Assembly (NCBI RefSeq): GCF_009914755.1
Contig: NC_060942.1
Direction: 5' to 3' (one strand)
DNA from: the human T2T-CHM13v2.0 reference genome, Homo sapiens
DNA: 64,000 nt
In this document: piece by piece, positions 27,840 to 45,543 of the stretch
Position numbering within the stretch: position 1 is the stretch's first letter
How the letters are laid out: each line of letters opens with the position of its first letter
Program-made: the position numbers and the translations under genes
The notes under the pieces: generated by a model
Database searches by the model: none
What the model was told of the DNA's origin: nothing
The model's input: only the letters and a program-made list of their open reading frames with translations

Positions 27840-30800
27840 TTCATTTATTTTTTTAGACTCTCAGAACACAGTTGATAGTTGAACTTGTAATCTATGATAA
27901 TCAGCTCGGATGCTATACTGAAAGGAAGATGGTGAACTCACAATGTCTAATTAAGATAAAATTCAAAAAATATATTGATTCATGTCCAAAAATTTAAAAA
28001 ACCTAAGCGGCAGTGTCATAATTTCTTCTTTTTAGTTTACATGGTTTCTTAAATGCCTACAATTATTTTAAAGGAAGTCTTGAGTCTAGGAAAAATTGAG
28101 ATATAGGGAATAAATTACTAACCCATTTCTCCTTGAAATCCATTAGATGCTTGATGATTTTTCACATATATTTCTGAATTGAAAAGCTAGTTGGGAATTA
28201 TTTGTATAAGCATATCCTTATGTAATATTTTGTTTTTAACAGTGATTTGAAGGTTTAAAGATTAAATTATTCTATCCAGAGAATAAAAAGCAATTATTTC
28301 ACAAGGAGAACATGTGTATGTTGACAAGACATTTTAAAATCTAGATTTTAAAATAGGTCCCATATACTTTTGAGTCAATTAGAATATGTATGTATCAGTC
28401 TGTCTACAGTTTTACACCTGTCAAAAGGTACTTGAACTACAAGAAGTACCTTGATCAATTTTGAAATTTATTATTCCTCTGAAACTGATTAAAAGAATTA
28501 TGGTAGAGTGAAATTCTGATTGGCATAATTTGGGAGAGAAATTATTCCTTGGAGATCAACCTCTGCCAAGATAGTTTATAATGACATTGAGACTTTTTGA
28601 TTTACAAAATTTGTTATATAAAAAATACTAAGACGATGATAGATAATACACACTTTAATTAAAATTGTACTAAAATTAAATGTCTAAATAAATTACAATG
28701 GTACATGGTACATCTAAATGTATGTTTATATATTTTATTTGTGCATTTTATTCCTAGGGTTGCTTTTGCTTTAGTTTGTAAAACATTATTATTTTTATGA
28801 TAATGTAGTATATACTAAATAAAGAAAAATCAGGAAATAGAAAATGAAGAAGAAAACATTAGCTATTGTCAACCAAATAAAAATTGTGCAATCTCTAAAC
28901 ACATGAACTATGTAATATTTGTACAGCATGTACAATGTTTATGCTTCACAGGGTGAGGTAGAGACTGCAAAACATTGAACCTGGGACAAATAAGAAAGTA
29001 AGGAAATTTTCACAACATATTAATATTATAGAAAATGTTGAACTTAACAGTTAAGATACAAGTAGTGAAAAATGATAGTATTTAAGGAGATCTAGAAAAT
29101 TTAATCTATATCTCTAATGCATGAGAAGTATTAGAATAATGCTTGTATTTCTGGATTGGCATCGATTTCTATTGAGACTGGAAACATAATAGAAGTGAGG
29201 GGAAAAGAATTTAAATTGTGGATACTTGAGTTTTATAGCTAGGAGTTTGAGAAATACATTTTGTTACTATCAAAGCAGTTGGCACAAGAGTGTACAAAAT
29301 TCCCTAATTGTGTCTATGTGGAGAAGACATAGACAAACAGAGAATAGCAAAACAGAAATAGCAAAAAAGTACAAATAAATTTTACCTGTATTTTTATGTA
29401 AAAGCCAATTAGAGTAGGAAAACATGAAATTTGTGTTTTATCAAAAGTTTTCTCTTTCTTATAGTATAGTTGATTATATTACTGGAAAAAAATTGAAGCA
29501 TTGGTATGTTCACACAAAAAAAGTAAAATATAAGGTCAAAACCATGGGAATGCAGGGAGCAGACAAAATATACCTAAACACCGAAACCAATTTTGCCCTA
29601 CGGACATGTAGCAAAATGAATGAGTGCAGATTCCTACTGTCATACATCACATAGGACAGTAAAGAAATACATAGGTTTTTCCAAGATAGAGCATCACACA
29701 GGAGCTCTACCCTAAAGCTAGGACCAAAATTTATATCCTCAGTATAAAGAAGAATCAGAGGTAAATTAGTCCCATTTCACATTCCCTGGAAATGGCAAAT
29801 AAAAATGGCTTGAGATTGGACAGATTTAAAGAAACTCAATCATTAATGATTTACAGCAATTAATTTAAAAATTGTTTAACTGTGCAGTCCAAACATGTCC
29901 AAACACCTTTAGGCCAAGAATTAATACAATGTGGTCCCAGAATGGTGGTGCCTTTAGTAGACTCACAAAAAAATTCAAATTCTCTTTGGCAAATTTTCTT
30001 CTTACTAATACACAAAAGTGCACCATAATAATTTTCAGAGAAAAATAAATATTTGTCATTCAAAGGCATCTAAGTACACAAGGAAATGATATTCCACCAT
30101 TTGAAAGGAAAGCAGAAAAAGAGTACAAACAGATCCACAAAGGTTCATTAGTAGAAATATCACTGTTAGATTATAAAGTACATTTGCTTTCAAAAAATTT
30201 TAAAAAAAATGAATATATTTTTAGGAGACTAAAAAATTGATGTAGCAAATTTGAAAAGTAGTTTGTATAAAAACATAGTATTTTAAATTAAAAACTCAAA
30301 AATGAACTCATCAGATTAGACATGGCCATGGTGAGAGTTCATAAATATTTCAGAGTGCATTACAGAAAATTTTTAAAAAATGCACAATGTGGACAGAATC
30401 ATGAAGAGACATGGAATATACAGTGAGAAAGTGCAGCATGTGTTTAGTGAGTGTTCTCATAGAAGAAGGGAACTGGGAAGGGACAATATGTGATGGTATT
30501 TTGGCTGAAAGTTCTCTAGACTTTTGTAAGACACTAATCCGCATATTCAAAAATTCCATGCATGCTAAGCAAGCTATAATGGAGATAAACCTACATCTAC
30601 GTATCTCCTAGAGAAATAATAAAGAATCAGGAAGGGAAAAATATTTCAATTAGCACTAGAAAAATCAAATTACCTTTAATCATATTGAAATCTGAAAGAA
30701 TGAAAAGTAAAATAAACAATATTATTTGTTAAGAATAATAATGCCATTCTGAAATTCTCAACCAAGAAAAATATTCATCAACCTATGGCTAAATAACATA

Positions 30801-31099
30801 TTTAGAGACAAAAAACAAAATACCACCAGCAGAATTCCACCAAAGAAACTAAAAAGAAACCCTGAAAACATGCTTCAGAAAGGTTGAAGTTCTGAAATCA
30901 AAGAATGAACATAGAGCAAAATATACTGTAAACATACAGATAGATCTAAATAAAAAATTAGGTGTTGAAACAAAAAGATATTTAAAATTAGATAACCACT
31001 GCAATATGTATGTTAGGAAGCAAATTATTAGGGCTGAAGTATGCAAAGACCCCTTAATTGTCCGACAAGAGCTGAAAGGTGAGTATGACTTTGCAACTC

Positions 31100-31404
<305 letters not shown>

Positions 31405-31531
31405 GACTTTGGAACTTTAATAAATTGACTGGACATTATGCATTTCTCTGTTGTATCTATGAAAACGGTAAAAATAAAAGTCATAAATTAAAAACAAGAA
31501 GACAGAAACTGATAGGAGAAAATGAGACATG

Positions 31532-31562
<31 letters not shown>

Positions 31563-32592
31563 CAACAAATTAATAAAACAAATTAAGTATAAATGATCAA
31601 AGATTAACTTAAACCTAAGTAGAGAATGTTTTTGTTAAAATACAAAGATTGGCAAATTAAAAAAATCCGTCTCTATCATAGTTACGAGAGGCAACTAATA
31701 TATAAATTTACAGAAACTTTGAAGTTCAAACAATACAGATACTGTGTATATATGATATACATACAAATATACATGAATATAATTTTTTAAAAAGTTGCTA
31801 TGTAGACAAAATAGAATGTAAGTTAGAAACATTTATTAAAATAAGTTAGTCTAACCAGTGTGATAAAAGTTTTAAGTTATTAAGATGTGATGACTTAAGT
31901 GTGCATTAGCCTGATACATATATACATATATACACACACACCACACACTCTCTCTCTCACACACACACATATTTAGAGAGAGAGTCAAATTATATAAAGC
32001 AAAAATATCAGAAAGTAAGTAGAAATGGATAAGCCCCCAAATCATTATAGACATTTCAAACACATATCTTTCAGTAATAGATAAAAGAAAAAATTAAAAG
32101 AGTAAGTTTTAAAAGAAGCTAGTGGATTTTAAAAAGGGCAAATATTATATAAGGAACATGAATATTATAATTCATGTTATTTTCATGTTCATACAGAATA
32201 CTTACAAAAATTAACATTTTCTAGACCATATCACAAATTCAAACAATTTTCACGGAAATAAGGTGACACAGAATATATTTCATAAACAAACAGCAATGAA
32301 GGTAGATATCAATACAAAAAAGAAAGCTAGAAACATAAGTCTAATAATACTGGTTGGAAGCTACTTTAATGAATATTGAAATATTTTAAAGGTGAATAGT
32401 CAATACAAATGAACCAAACACTTTTGTAAGGCCACTAAGATGCATGTGTAATGCATAATGCCTCCTTTTATAAGGAGTAAATCTGTAACATCACCTGGGC
32501 TATTTGATAACTGCAAAGTGAATGTGAGAAGGAAACAGTGAGAGAGAGAGAGAGATAAAACCAGTAAAATAAACATAAAGAATGAAGGAGAT

Positions 32593-32989
<397 letters not shown>

Positions 32990-34210
32990 CTAAAATATTA
33001 AATCTAACAAATATCTAGGTAGACTGATGGAGAAAAATACAGAAAATGCACAAAAAACCAATTACCTGGAATGCGAAGGTTACAAAACGTCAGCAGTTGT
33101 AGATTTTAAATAAGCAATGACTTTTGAGTTGAACCATGATGGGGTATATTGAAAAGAATCTCTCAGAAAAAAAGAAAAAGAAAACCATTATAAAGCTAAG
33201 TACAAAATGTTAAGCACTATTAAAGTCTTCCAATTCTACCAGTTATGTAGTTATTGGTCTTGGACTAACTCTCCTGAAAAGAAGAAAACAAAACAAAACC
33301 TAATAACCTGGATAAAATGGCCTACCGTGGGCACTGGCAATGCAACCAAGCAGGTAGGACATGGGTGCTACATTCTCTTTGTCAGAATACAAAGCATTCA
33401 TACACTCTTCTCACCCTCACTCTCACCTTTTAATCTTAGATCTACAATTAAATGTATTCAACATTACTATCAATCCTTTGGTCAAAATTTCTTTACTCAT
33501 ATTTTGCTTGATGCACTTGGATAGACTGTTCAAGAAAGTGTGAGTAGTGAATTCCTCAAACTCTTGCATATTTAAAATCACATTTTTGAACCTTGATGCC
33601 TGAAGTGTAGCTTGGGTAACAGGTGGGCTTTAAGCCAATTTTGGCATGCAAGGGGTTGAGTTTATTAGGCATCAGCACCTCTGAAAATCGTGGGGATGCA
33701 GGCTTAATTTCAACACTATTCTAAATATTTGAAAGATATTATATAATGCTTTAATAAACTCCTGTGTCTACAAATGGTTCATATTAACTCAATATCCATT
33801 ATTAAGCATCTATAAAATCAAGGCACTGTTATTTAGTGGAGACTTGCTGGCTATTCTATGAGAGGAGGTATTGTTATTGTAATCTCATCTTCTCATAAAT
33901 GTGTGTCATATTACTCATAACCAGCCCTTCATATTCTATTCCTATTTTGGTGTTTTAAAATAAGATATCTTTGAAACACTTGAATTCAAAGAGAGAATCT
34001 GAATATTTTTAAAATGTCAATGAAATGCCATTTCTTCATGCTTCAACAACTAAAAATTGACTAAAGTGCTTCTCTTCAAACTTTCTGGAATATTTTTTAT
34101 CTAAATTCTAAGAACAATCACAATAGTTTTTAACCACAAATGTGAGAATATTCTAAATGTTAAGGTGGAAAAATTTTTTAAATAATTTTATAGTATTTTT
34201 TTTTTCATCA

Positions 34211-38913
<4,703 letters not shown>

Positions 38914-39799
38914 AACTATTACTGTAGACATTTAAGTCAGGATTCTAAGAAGCTGTTCTAAATTCCAAAATTTAGTTTCATATAGTGATATTATATATAT
39001 ATTTGCATAAAAATTTAATACATGTGAGCCATGTTTCAAATAGTTGAGAGATTATTATATCAAAGATTCTTGATTATATAAAATGCCAATTACTTATAGG
39101 CACACATGCTTTAAATAATTACAAAGGCAGTTGTGGTTGATTCTACTCTTGCTACTGGCATTTTTATGGACATAATATTATGGTCTGAAGAATATTTAGG
39201 CAAATTTATCCCTCATATGATCAGAAGAACAATGCAAGATAGTTTATATCTGAAAAGAAAAAAATCTTTATATGGTTCTGAAAGCCTAAATCATTAACAA
39301 CTTGGATAATAATTAGCATAAAAATACACAAACATGCCCTCTTCCTAGCAGTAAGTACACAGTGACAACAGAATCAAAGCATGTGGCTATGTGCATGTTT
39401 ATATTTCAAGACGCAGAGCACTCTATTCCTCTTCTCTGCCCTTTCTAGATGGCACAATTCCTCATGAATCTAAGTGCTGTCATAGGGTGGATTAGGGTGA
39501 CCTGCCATTTGTATGCAACTGATCTCTATTTTGGAAGTAATTAATGTAAAAATATATTTTTAAAAGATAATTTCAAATTTCAGGGCAAACTAGCATGGTT
39601 TCACCCCTTTTCTTTGTAACATTTTTTCTAAGTTTGGAAAAGTAAGGTAGGCTTTAGTACTATTTTTAATAATAAGTTTTCAAAGTGAGATGCAAAATGG
39701 TGGCGCCAACACATTTCAAATCTGCTACATTTTGAATACACTTATTGGAGAAAAGATCTTCTCATCATTTTTCTCTTACAGGAAAGGAAATAACATGTA

Positions 39800-40169
39800 C
39801 AGTTGACCCTTAAGCAACATGGAGGTTGGGGTGCTGGCCCCCCTGCACAGTAGAAAATCCACAGTAACTGTGACTCCCCCAAAACTTAACTACTAATAGC
39901 CTACTGTAAGCTTTACAAATAACACAAGCAGAAATAAACACATATTTAATATGTTATATGTCTTATATACTATATTCTTAACATGTCAGTGAAAAGAAAA
40001 AGAAAATCATAAGGAAAATATATTTACTAGTTATTAAATGGAAGTAGATGATCAAACAGGTCTTCATCCTCATCCTTTTCATGGGCAGGGTGTGGAGAAG
40101 GATGTAGAATTGTTGGTTTTGCTAAGTGGACCTGCACAGTTCAAACCCCTGGGGTGCAAAGGTCAACTG
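39800..40169. mobile_element. Tigger2a/MER8-type DNA transposon
   Basis: Terminal inverted repeats cagttgacc...ggtcaactg flanked by TA on both sides. Confidence 0.88.
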
Positions 40170-40263
40170 TATAGCCATTGAATAGCAATTTATTTTTAGA
40201 AATTAACCTCACTAAAATACTCTTAGAAGGATGCCAAGAAAAAAAATGAATACGTATTTTGGG

Positions 40264-41980
40264 TTCATCTATTTCATCATTTCATTTCATTTCATCATTT
40301 CATTTCCTCATTTTATCATTTCATTTCATCTTTTCATTATTTCATCTCATTATTTCATCATTTCATTTCATTTCATTCTTTCATTTCATTATTTCATCTC
40401 AACATTTCATTTCATCATTTCACTTCATCTCATTATTTCATCATTTCATCTCATGATTTCATTTCATCTCATTTCATCATTTCATTTCATTCTTTCATTT
40501 CATTTCATCATTTCATCATTTCACTTCATCTCATTTCATCATTTCATCTCATGATTTCATTTCATCTCATTTCATTTCATCTTTTCATCTCGTCATTTCA
40601 TTTCATCATTTCATTTCATCTTTTCATCTCATTTCATTTCATCAATTCATCATTTCATCTCATCATTTCATTTCATTGTTTCATTTCATTTCATCATTTC
40701 ATTTCATCACTTCATCTCAACATTTCATTTCATCATTTCACTTCATCTCATTTCATCATTTCATCTCATTTCATCATTTCATCTCATGATTTCATCTCAT
40801 TTCATTTCATCTTTTCATCTCATCATTTCATCTTTTCATCTCATTTCATTTCATTTCATTTCATTTATTTCATCATTTCATCATTTCATTTCATCATTTC
40901 ATCATTTGACTTCATTTCATCATTTCATTTCATCATTTCATATCATTTCATCATTTCATCTTTTCATTCCATCATCATTTCACTTCATTTCATTTCATTT
41001 CTTCATTTCATCATTTCATTTCATTTCATCCTTTCATCATTTCATCTCATCATTTCATCCTTTCATTTCATTATTTCATTTCATCATTTCTTCTCATCAT
41101 TGCATTTCGTCATTTCATCATTTCATCATTTCACTTCATCTCATCATTTCATCATCTCATGATTTCATTTCATATCATTTCATCTTTTCATCTCGTCATA
41201 TCATTTCATTTCATCTTTTCATCTCATTTCATTTCATTTGATCATTTCATCAATTCATCATTTCGTCATTTCATTTCATTATTTCATCATTTAATCATTT
41301 CACTTTTTATCATTTCATCATTTCATATCATTTCTTCATTTCACCATTTGATCTTTTCATTTCATTTCATCATTTCACTTCATCATTTCATTTCATCATT
41401 TCATTTCATTCCCTCATTTCATTTCACCATTTCATCATTCCATTTCATCATTTCATTACATTTCTTCATTTCACTTCATCTCATCATTTCATCTTTCATT
41501 GCATTATTTCATTTCATTTCATCTCATCATTTCACTTCATCTCACCATTTCATCATTTCATCTCATCATTTCATTTCATCATTTCATCTTTTCATCTCCT
41601 CATTTCATTTAATCATTTCGTTTCATTTCACCTTTTCATCTCATTTCATTTCATCATTTCATCACTTCATCATTTCATTTCATTATTTCATAATTTCATC
41701 ATTTCACTTCATTTCATCATTTCATTTCATCATTTCATATCATTTCCTTAATTCATCATTTCATCTTTTCATTTCATCATTTCATTTCATCATTTCACTT
41801 CATCATTTCATTATTTCATTTCATTTCACCATTTCATGTCATCATTTCATCATTTCATTTCATTTCATCCTTTCATCATTTCATCTCATCATTTCATCAT
41901 TTCATCTCATTTCATTTCATCATTTCATTTCTTCATTTCATCATTTCATTCACTTCATCATTTCATTTCATTTCATTTCA
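40264..41980 (+). repeat. (CATTT/CAT/CATCT)n satellite-like simple repeat array, ~1.7 kb
   Basis: Continuous irregular TTTCA/TCA/TCTCA units with almost no G on the + strand. Confidence 0.97.
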
Positions 41981-42884
41981 GTGATACATGTATTTAAGTG
42001 CTAATGCGGTGCCCAGGAGACACCCTATTTCCCTTTGTAAAACACCTCCTTCAACAAAAGGCAACCTCTCATGGCTGGCTAAGTCTACAGGGATACCAGC
42101 CTCTCTTCAACCACCCAATTTCATTTAGAACCTCAAACAGCACCTCAGTTTCATAAAAACCTAAAACATAAACACAACACTTGGTTGTAAGTGAGCCAAG
42201 TTTCTTGCCTCTTTCTCTGCTCAAGGCTTAAGGCCGTGTCTCCCCAACTACGTTCAGTGGAAGAAAAGATCCCCTGGACAAATAAGTTTGAGAACTGTTG
42301 TTACAGGAATTCTCAGAACATTTAAAACACAAATCCTCATCCGCAGGGATCTTCAGGAGGGAGATGGCTGATGCAGCACAACTTTCTTTCACAGAAGTAT
42401 CTTGCAGAATACAGTATGAGATACAGAAAGGCTGCATTGAGTCTTTTTAATGGCTCGGGCCTTGGTGGGGGTGGGTAGGAGCTCTCCAGATAGCATCTAA
42501 TGAGTAGGAACATTCGGGTGGCTTTTTTTTTTTTCTTTATTGGCAAAACTGTGTGTGCACCATGAATGAAGCTGGTCTCCCTTATCCATATCAAAACTAA
42601 ACCCAAAGTAATTGGCTAAATTGGGACTCAACACCTCCAGGAGCCACGTGGCAGAAAGCCCCAGCACACTTTAAAGTAGCTTACCTCATCATATTTGAGG
42701 AAAGCAAAACACTTATGACCAGTATGCTGCTAATACAAGTCTACAGATAATGCTGTATGAAAAATTAGTTTTCCCAGTCATAGCTGGCATAGTCCACATT
42801 TTGCATTACACTTTCCCCCCTTTTTTTAAATTTTAAGCACAGGTCTTTTACTCTTCTTTTGTTAAATTTTAATTCAATTATACA

Positions 42885-42999
42885 AGACGGAGTCTCAGTA
42901 TGTTGCCCAGGCTGGTCTTCAACTCCTGAGCTCAAGGGATACATCCGTCTCCACCTCCCAAAGTGCTGAGATTACAGGCCTGATACACTGTGCCTGGCC
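42885..42999 (-). mobile_element. Alu monomer (FLAM_C/AluJ left arm)
   Basis: atgttgcccaggctggtcttcaactcctgagctcaag...aaagtgctgagattacaggc...cctggcc. Confidence 0.85.
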
Positions 43000-43364
43000 T
43001 TAAACACAAATCTTAATTCATTCTTACAATTATTCTGAGGTTAGAAAAATGGAAGGGGAAGAAAAATGGCAAGCAGGTAGGCTGACTTCGGCTTCATTAT
43101 CTGGAAGGACAGTTTGCTCAGTTAAAACACACTACTGCCCACAAAGGCCAAGACAACAGAAAAATACAGACTTATATAAATAGATTTTATATGTGACAGC
43201 AGTTTGAATGGAGACTTTTTCAATGCAATGAGAAACAGCTGTGCTTGGGAATAAATGACAACGAATTTTTTTATCTCAACAGCTGTCCTGAGAGCATGTC
43301 TTTACATCTCTACCTGCATTCTGGAATCAGGGAGAAAGCCAAAACGGATGACAAGACACTAGAT

Positions 43365-43558
43365 CAGCCGTGTCCAACCCTTTGACTACAAGGACTTTTC
43401 CGCCTATCTGTGGTGGTGGGTATCATGAAAATTATGCACAAACTTTTTTTTTTTTTTAAGCTCATCAGCTGTTGTTAGCATTAGTGTATTTTATGTGTAG
43501 GCCAGGAGCATTCTTCTTCCAATGTGGCCCTGAGAAGCCAAAAGACTGGACACCTGTG
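43365..43558 (-). mobile_element. MER30-like hAT DNA transposon
   Basis: Ends cagccgtgtccaa...tggacacctgtg; 8-bp TSD cactagat at 43357-43364 and 43559-43566. Confidence 0.85.
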
Positions 43559-43679
43559 CACTAGATCAAAAGGCTACTCCTTCTGGAAGCAACTGTAAAG
43601 AATTTCTGACATTATCTTGACATGAAAACCAATGGATAGTGGGACAGAATGCAAAATCTTCAAGAATTTTTCTTGTTGG

Positions 43680-43938
43680 TTTTTTTTTTGAGTCAAGGTC
43701 TTGCTCTGTGGCCCAGGCTGGAGTACACTGGTGAGATCACACAGCTCAGTGCAGGCTCAAGTGCTCCTCCCACCTCAGCCACAGTAGTAGCTGGGACTAC
43801 AGATGCGCACAACCACCCCTGGCTAATATTTTATTTTTTGTAGAGATGGGGTCTCACTATATTGTCCAGGTTGGTCTCAAACTCCTTGACTCAAGGGATC
43901 CAGGATAGGATAACAGGTGGGAGCCACCACACCTGGCC
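43680..43938 (-). mobile_element. AluJ with internal deletions
   Basis: Poly(T), ggtcttgctctgtggcccaggctggag...gtagagatggggtctcactat...cacacctggcc. Confidence 0.9.
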
Positions 43939-44409
43939 ATGTGCATGAACTTTTAAGACAAACACAAGGCCCCACAAAAATTAAGGTTTTTCCCACCTAA
44001 TTTCCAGGGGGATCTTTTGGTGCAAGGCTGAGAAGCCCTTAAAAGTACACAGACAACTGCAAAGATTCAAGACAGTTCATTTGGGCTGAGCCAGCCCACT
44101 GGGCAGACTGACCTTCAAAAAAGGCCCACCCATGACATACACCAGATGGCTCTCCAAGAATCTCTTCAGTCCTCAGGGTCCCTAAGGTACTGGACAGAGC
44201 TAGGAAAGCAAACCCATTTGCTTCTTCCTGCAGGGAACCCCTTGAGGTCAAGACCCCACAATCAGACGAGGATGGAGTGGCTCACCCTCAGTCAACAGGC
44301 CATACTCACGGTGGTATAATGTCTTAACCAAGGGTGCGGGCCTCCAGGTCTGACTCCCAACTCAGTTCTTCTTTAATAACCACACTTTGTTAATTCTCCT
44401 TAACAGGGG

Positions 44410-44482
44410 TTCCTGGCAAGTCAGTTCTCCCTCAGGCCTTCAGTTTCCTCACCTTACAAGATGAGAGGGCTGGATCAGATGG
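44410..44482 (+). mobile_element. MIR core fragment
   Basis: ggcaagtcagttctccctcaggccttcagtttcctcaccttacaagatgagagggctgga resembles the MIR core. Confidence 0.55.
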
Positions 44483-44768
44483 AAATTCAGGGGGTAAGGG
44501 GATATCCGCGCGCAGCCCACCCCCGCCCCCACGGGACCCTGGAGCCTCCATCCCAGTTCCCACCACGCACCCGCCCCACAAATCCTGCCCAAGGTGAGGG
44601 CTGGTCCTGGGTCCTCTGGCTGCTGCATCAGCGAGTGCAGGAGGGAGGGGAAGCCTCCAAGGGGGTGACGCGGGCTCAAGGATGCAACTCAGCCAGGAGT
44701 GAACTGGGGCCCTGAGGGAGGTGTCCAGGCCACTCCTGGAGCCCAGCCTGGGTCCCCGAACCCCTTAC

Positions 44769-44999
44769 CTCCAGGGTCCGTATCTCCTGCTGGGTGAGGT
44801 CATTGGACACAGCGCACTTGGTGCACAGCCCGCACAGGCTGCCAATGAAGATGACAATGAGCTTCTGGAGCTGCCCGCACTGCTGCAGCACCCGGCTGGG
44901 AGCGACCCCTGAGCCACCCTCCGCAGCTCCCGCATCACCCCCACCACCGCCCTCCTTCTTCTCTCCCATCGCCTCCGCGCGCAGCGCCACTCTATGCAG
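44769..44999 (-). pseudogene. KSR1: Unprocessed (duplicated) KSR1 exon 1 fragment, KSR1P1-like; which paralogous copy cannot be determined
   Basis: Translation [77 protein letters not shown] matches the recalled KSR1 N-terminus ([22 protein letters not shown]...[40 protein letters not shown]). Similarity stops at a phase-0 GAG|GTAAG donor at 44769/44768. The first ATG is now CTG. No further KSR1 exons were seen. Confidence 0.95.
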
Positions 45000-45133
45000 G
45001 CCACAGCGGCCTAGGCAGGGAGCCCGGGGCGCAGGCGCCTAGGCAAGGAACCCCTGAGCCAGGAGAGCTGGACCAGGGGCCCTTGCCAGGACGCCAGTAG
45101 AGCTGGCAGCCGAGTCTGCCGCTCCCGCCCTCA

Positions 45134-45543
45134 GAGCCGCGGCGGCGGGGACAAAAATCCTGGGCGGCGGGGGCAAAAAGCCGCGGCGGGAAAAAGGTGC
45201 GGCGGCGGGGGCAAAAAGGAGCGGCGGCGGGGGAAGAAGCCGCGGCGGCCGTGGAAAAAGTCGCGGCGGCAAAAAGCCGCAGAGTAGGGGGCGAAAAGAC
45301 GCAAAAAGCCGCGGCGGCAAAAAGCCGTGACGGCTGGGAGCAAAAAGCCGCGGCGGCGGGGGCAAAAAGCCGGGGCGGCGGGGGCAAAAAGCAGCGGTGG
45401 CGCTGACAAAAAGCCGCAAAAAGCAGCGGCAGCGGGGGTAAAAAGCTGCAAAAAGCCGCGGAGGCGCGGGCGATAAGCCGCGGCGGCGTGGAGCAAAAAG
45501 CCGCGGCGGCGGGGAGCAAAAAGCCGCGGCGGCGGGGGCAAAA
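45134..45543 (+). repeat. GC-rich tandem repeat, unit ~GCAAAAAGCCGCGGCGGCGGGG
   Basis: Roughly 18-20 degenerate units, almost T-free on +. Resembles the GGGCAAAAGCCG-type repeat known from human pericentromeric duplication junctions. Confidence 0.95.

Noticed and set aside
40264-41980. HSat2/HSat3 call
   Set aside because: Units are CATTT/CAT, not CATTC/GGAAT, and the CATTCG motifs are missing.
40231-42004. Long F/I/S/H-rich ORFs (up to 281 aa)
   Set aside because: Translation of the CATTT array; the near absence of G and of TAA removes stop codons.
45134-45543. CRISPR-like repeat array
   Set aside because: Degenerate head-to-tail units with no unique spacers and no cas genes, in primate DNA.
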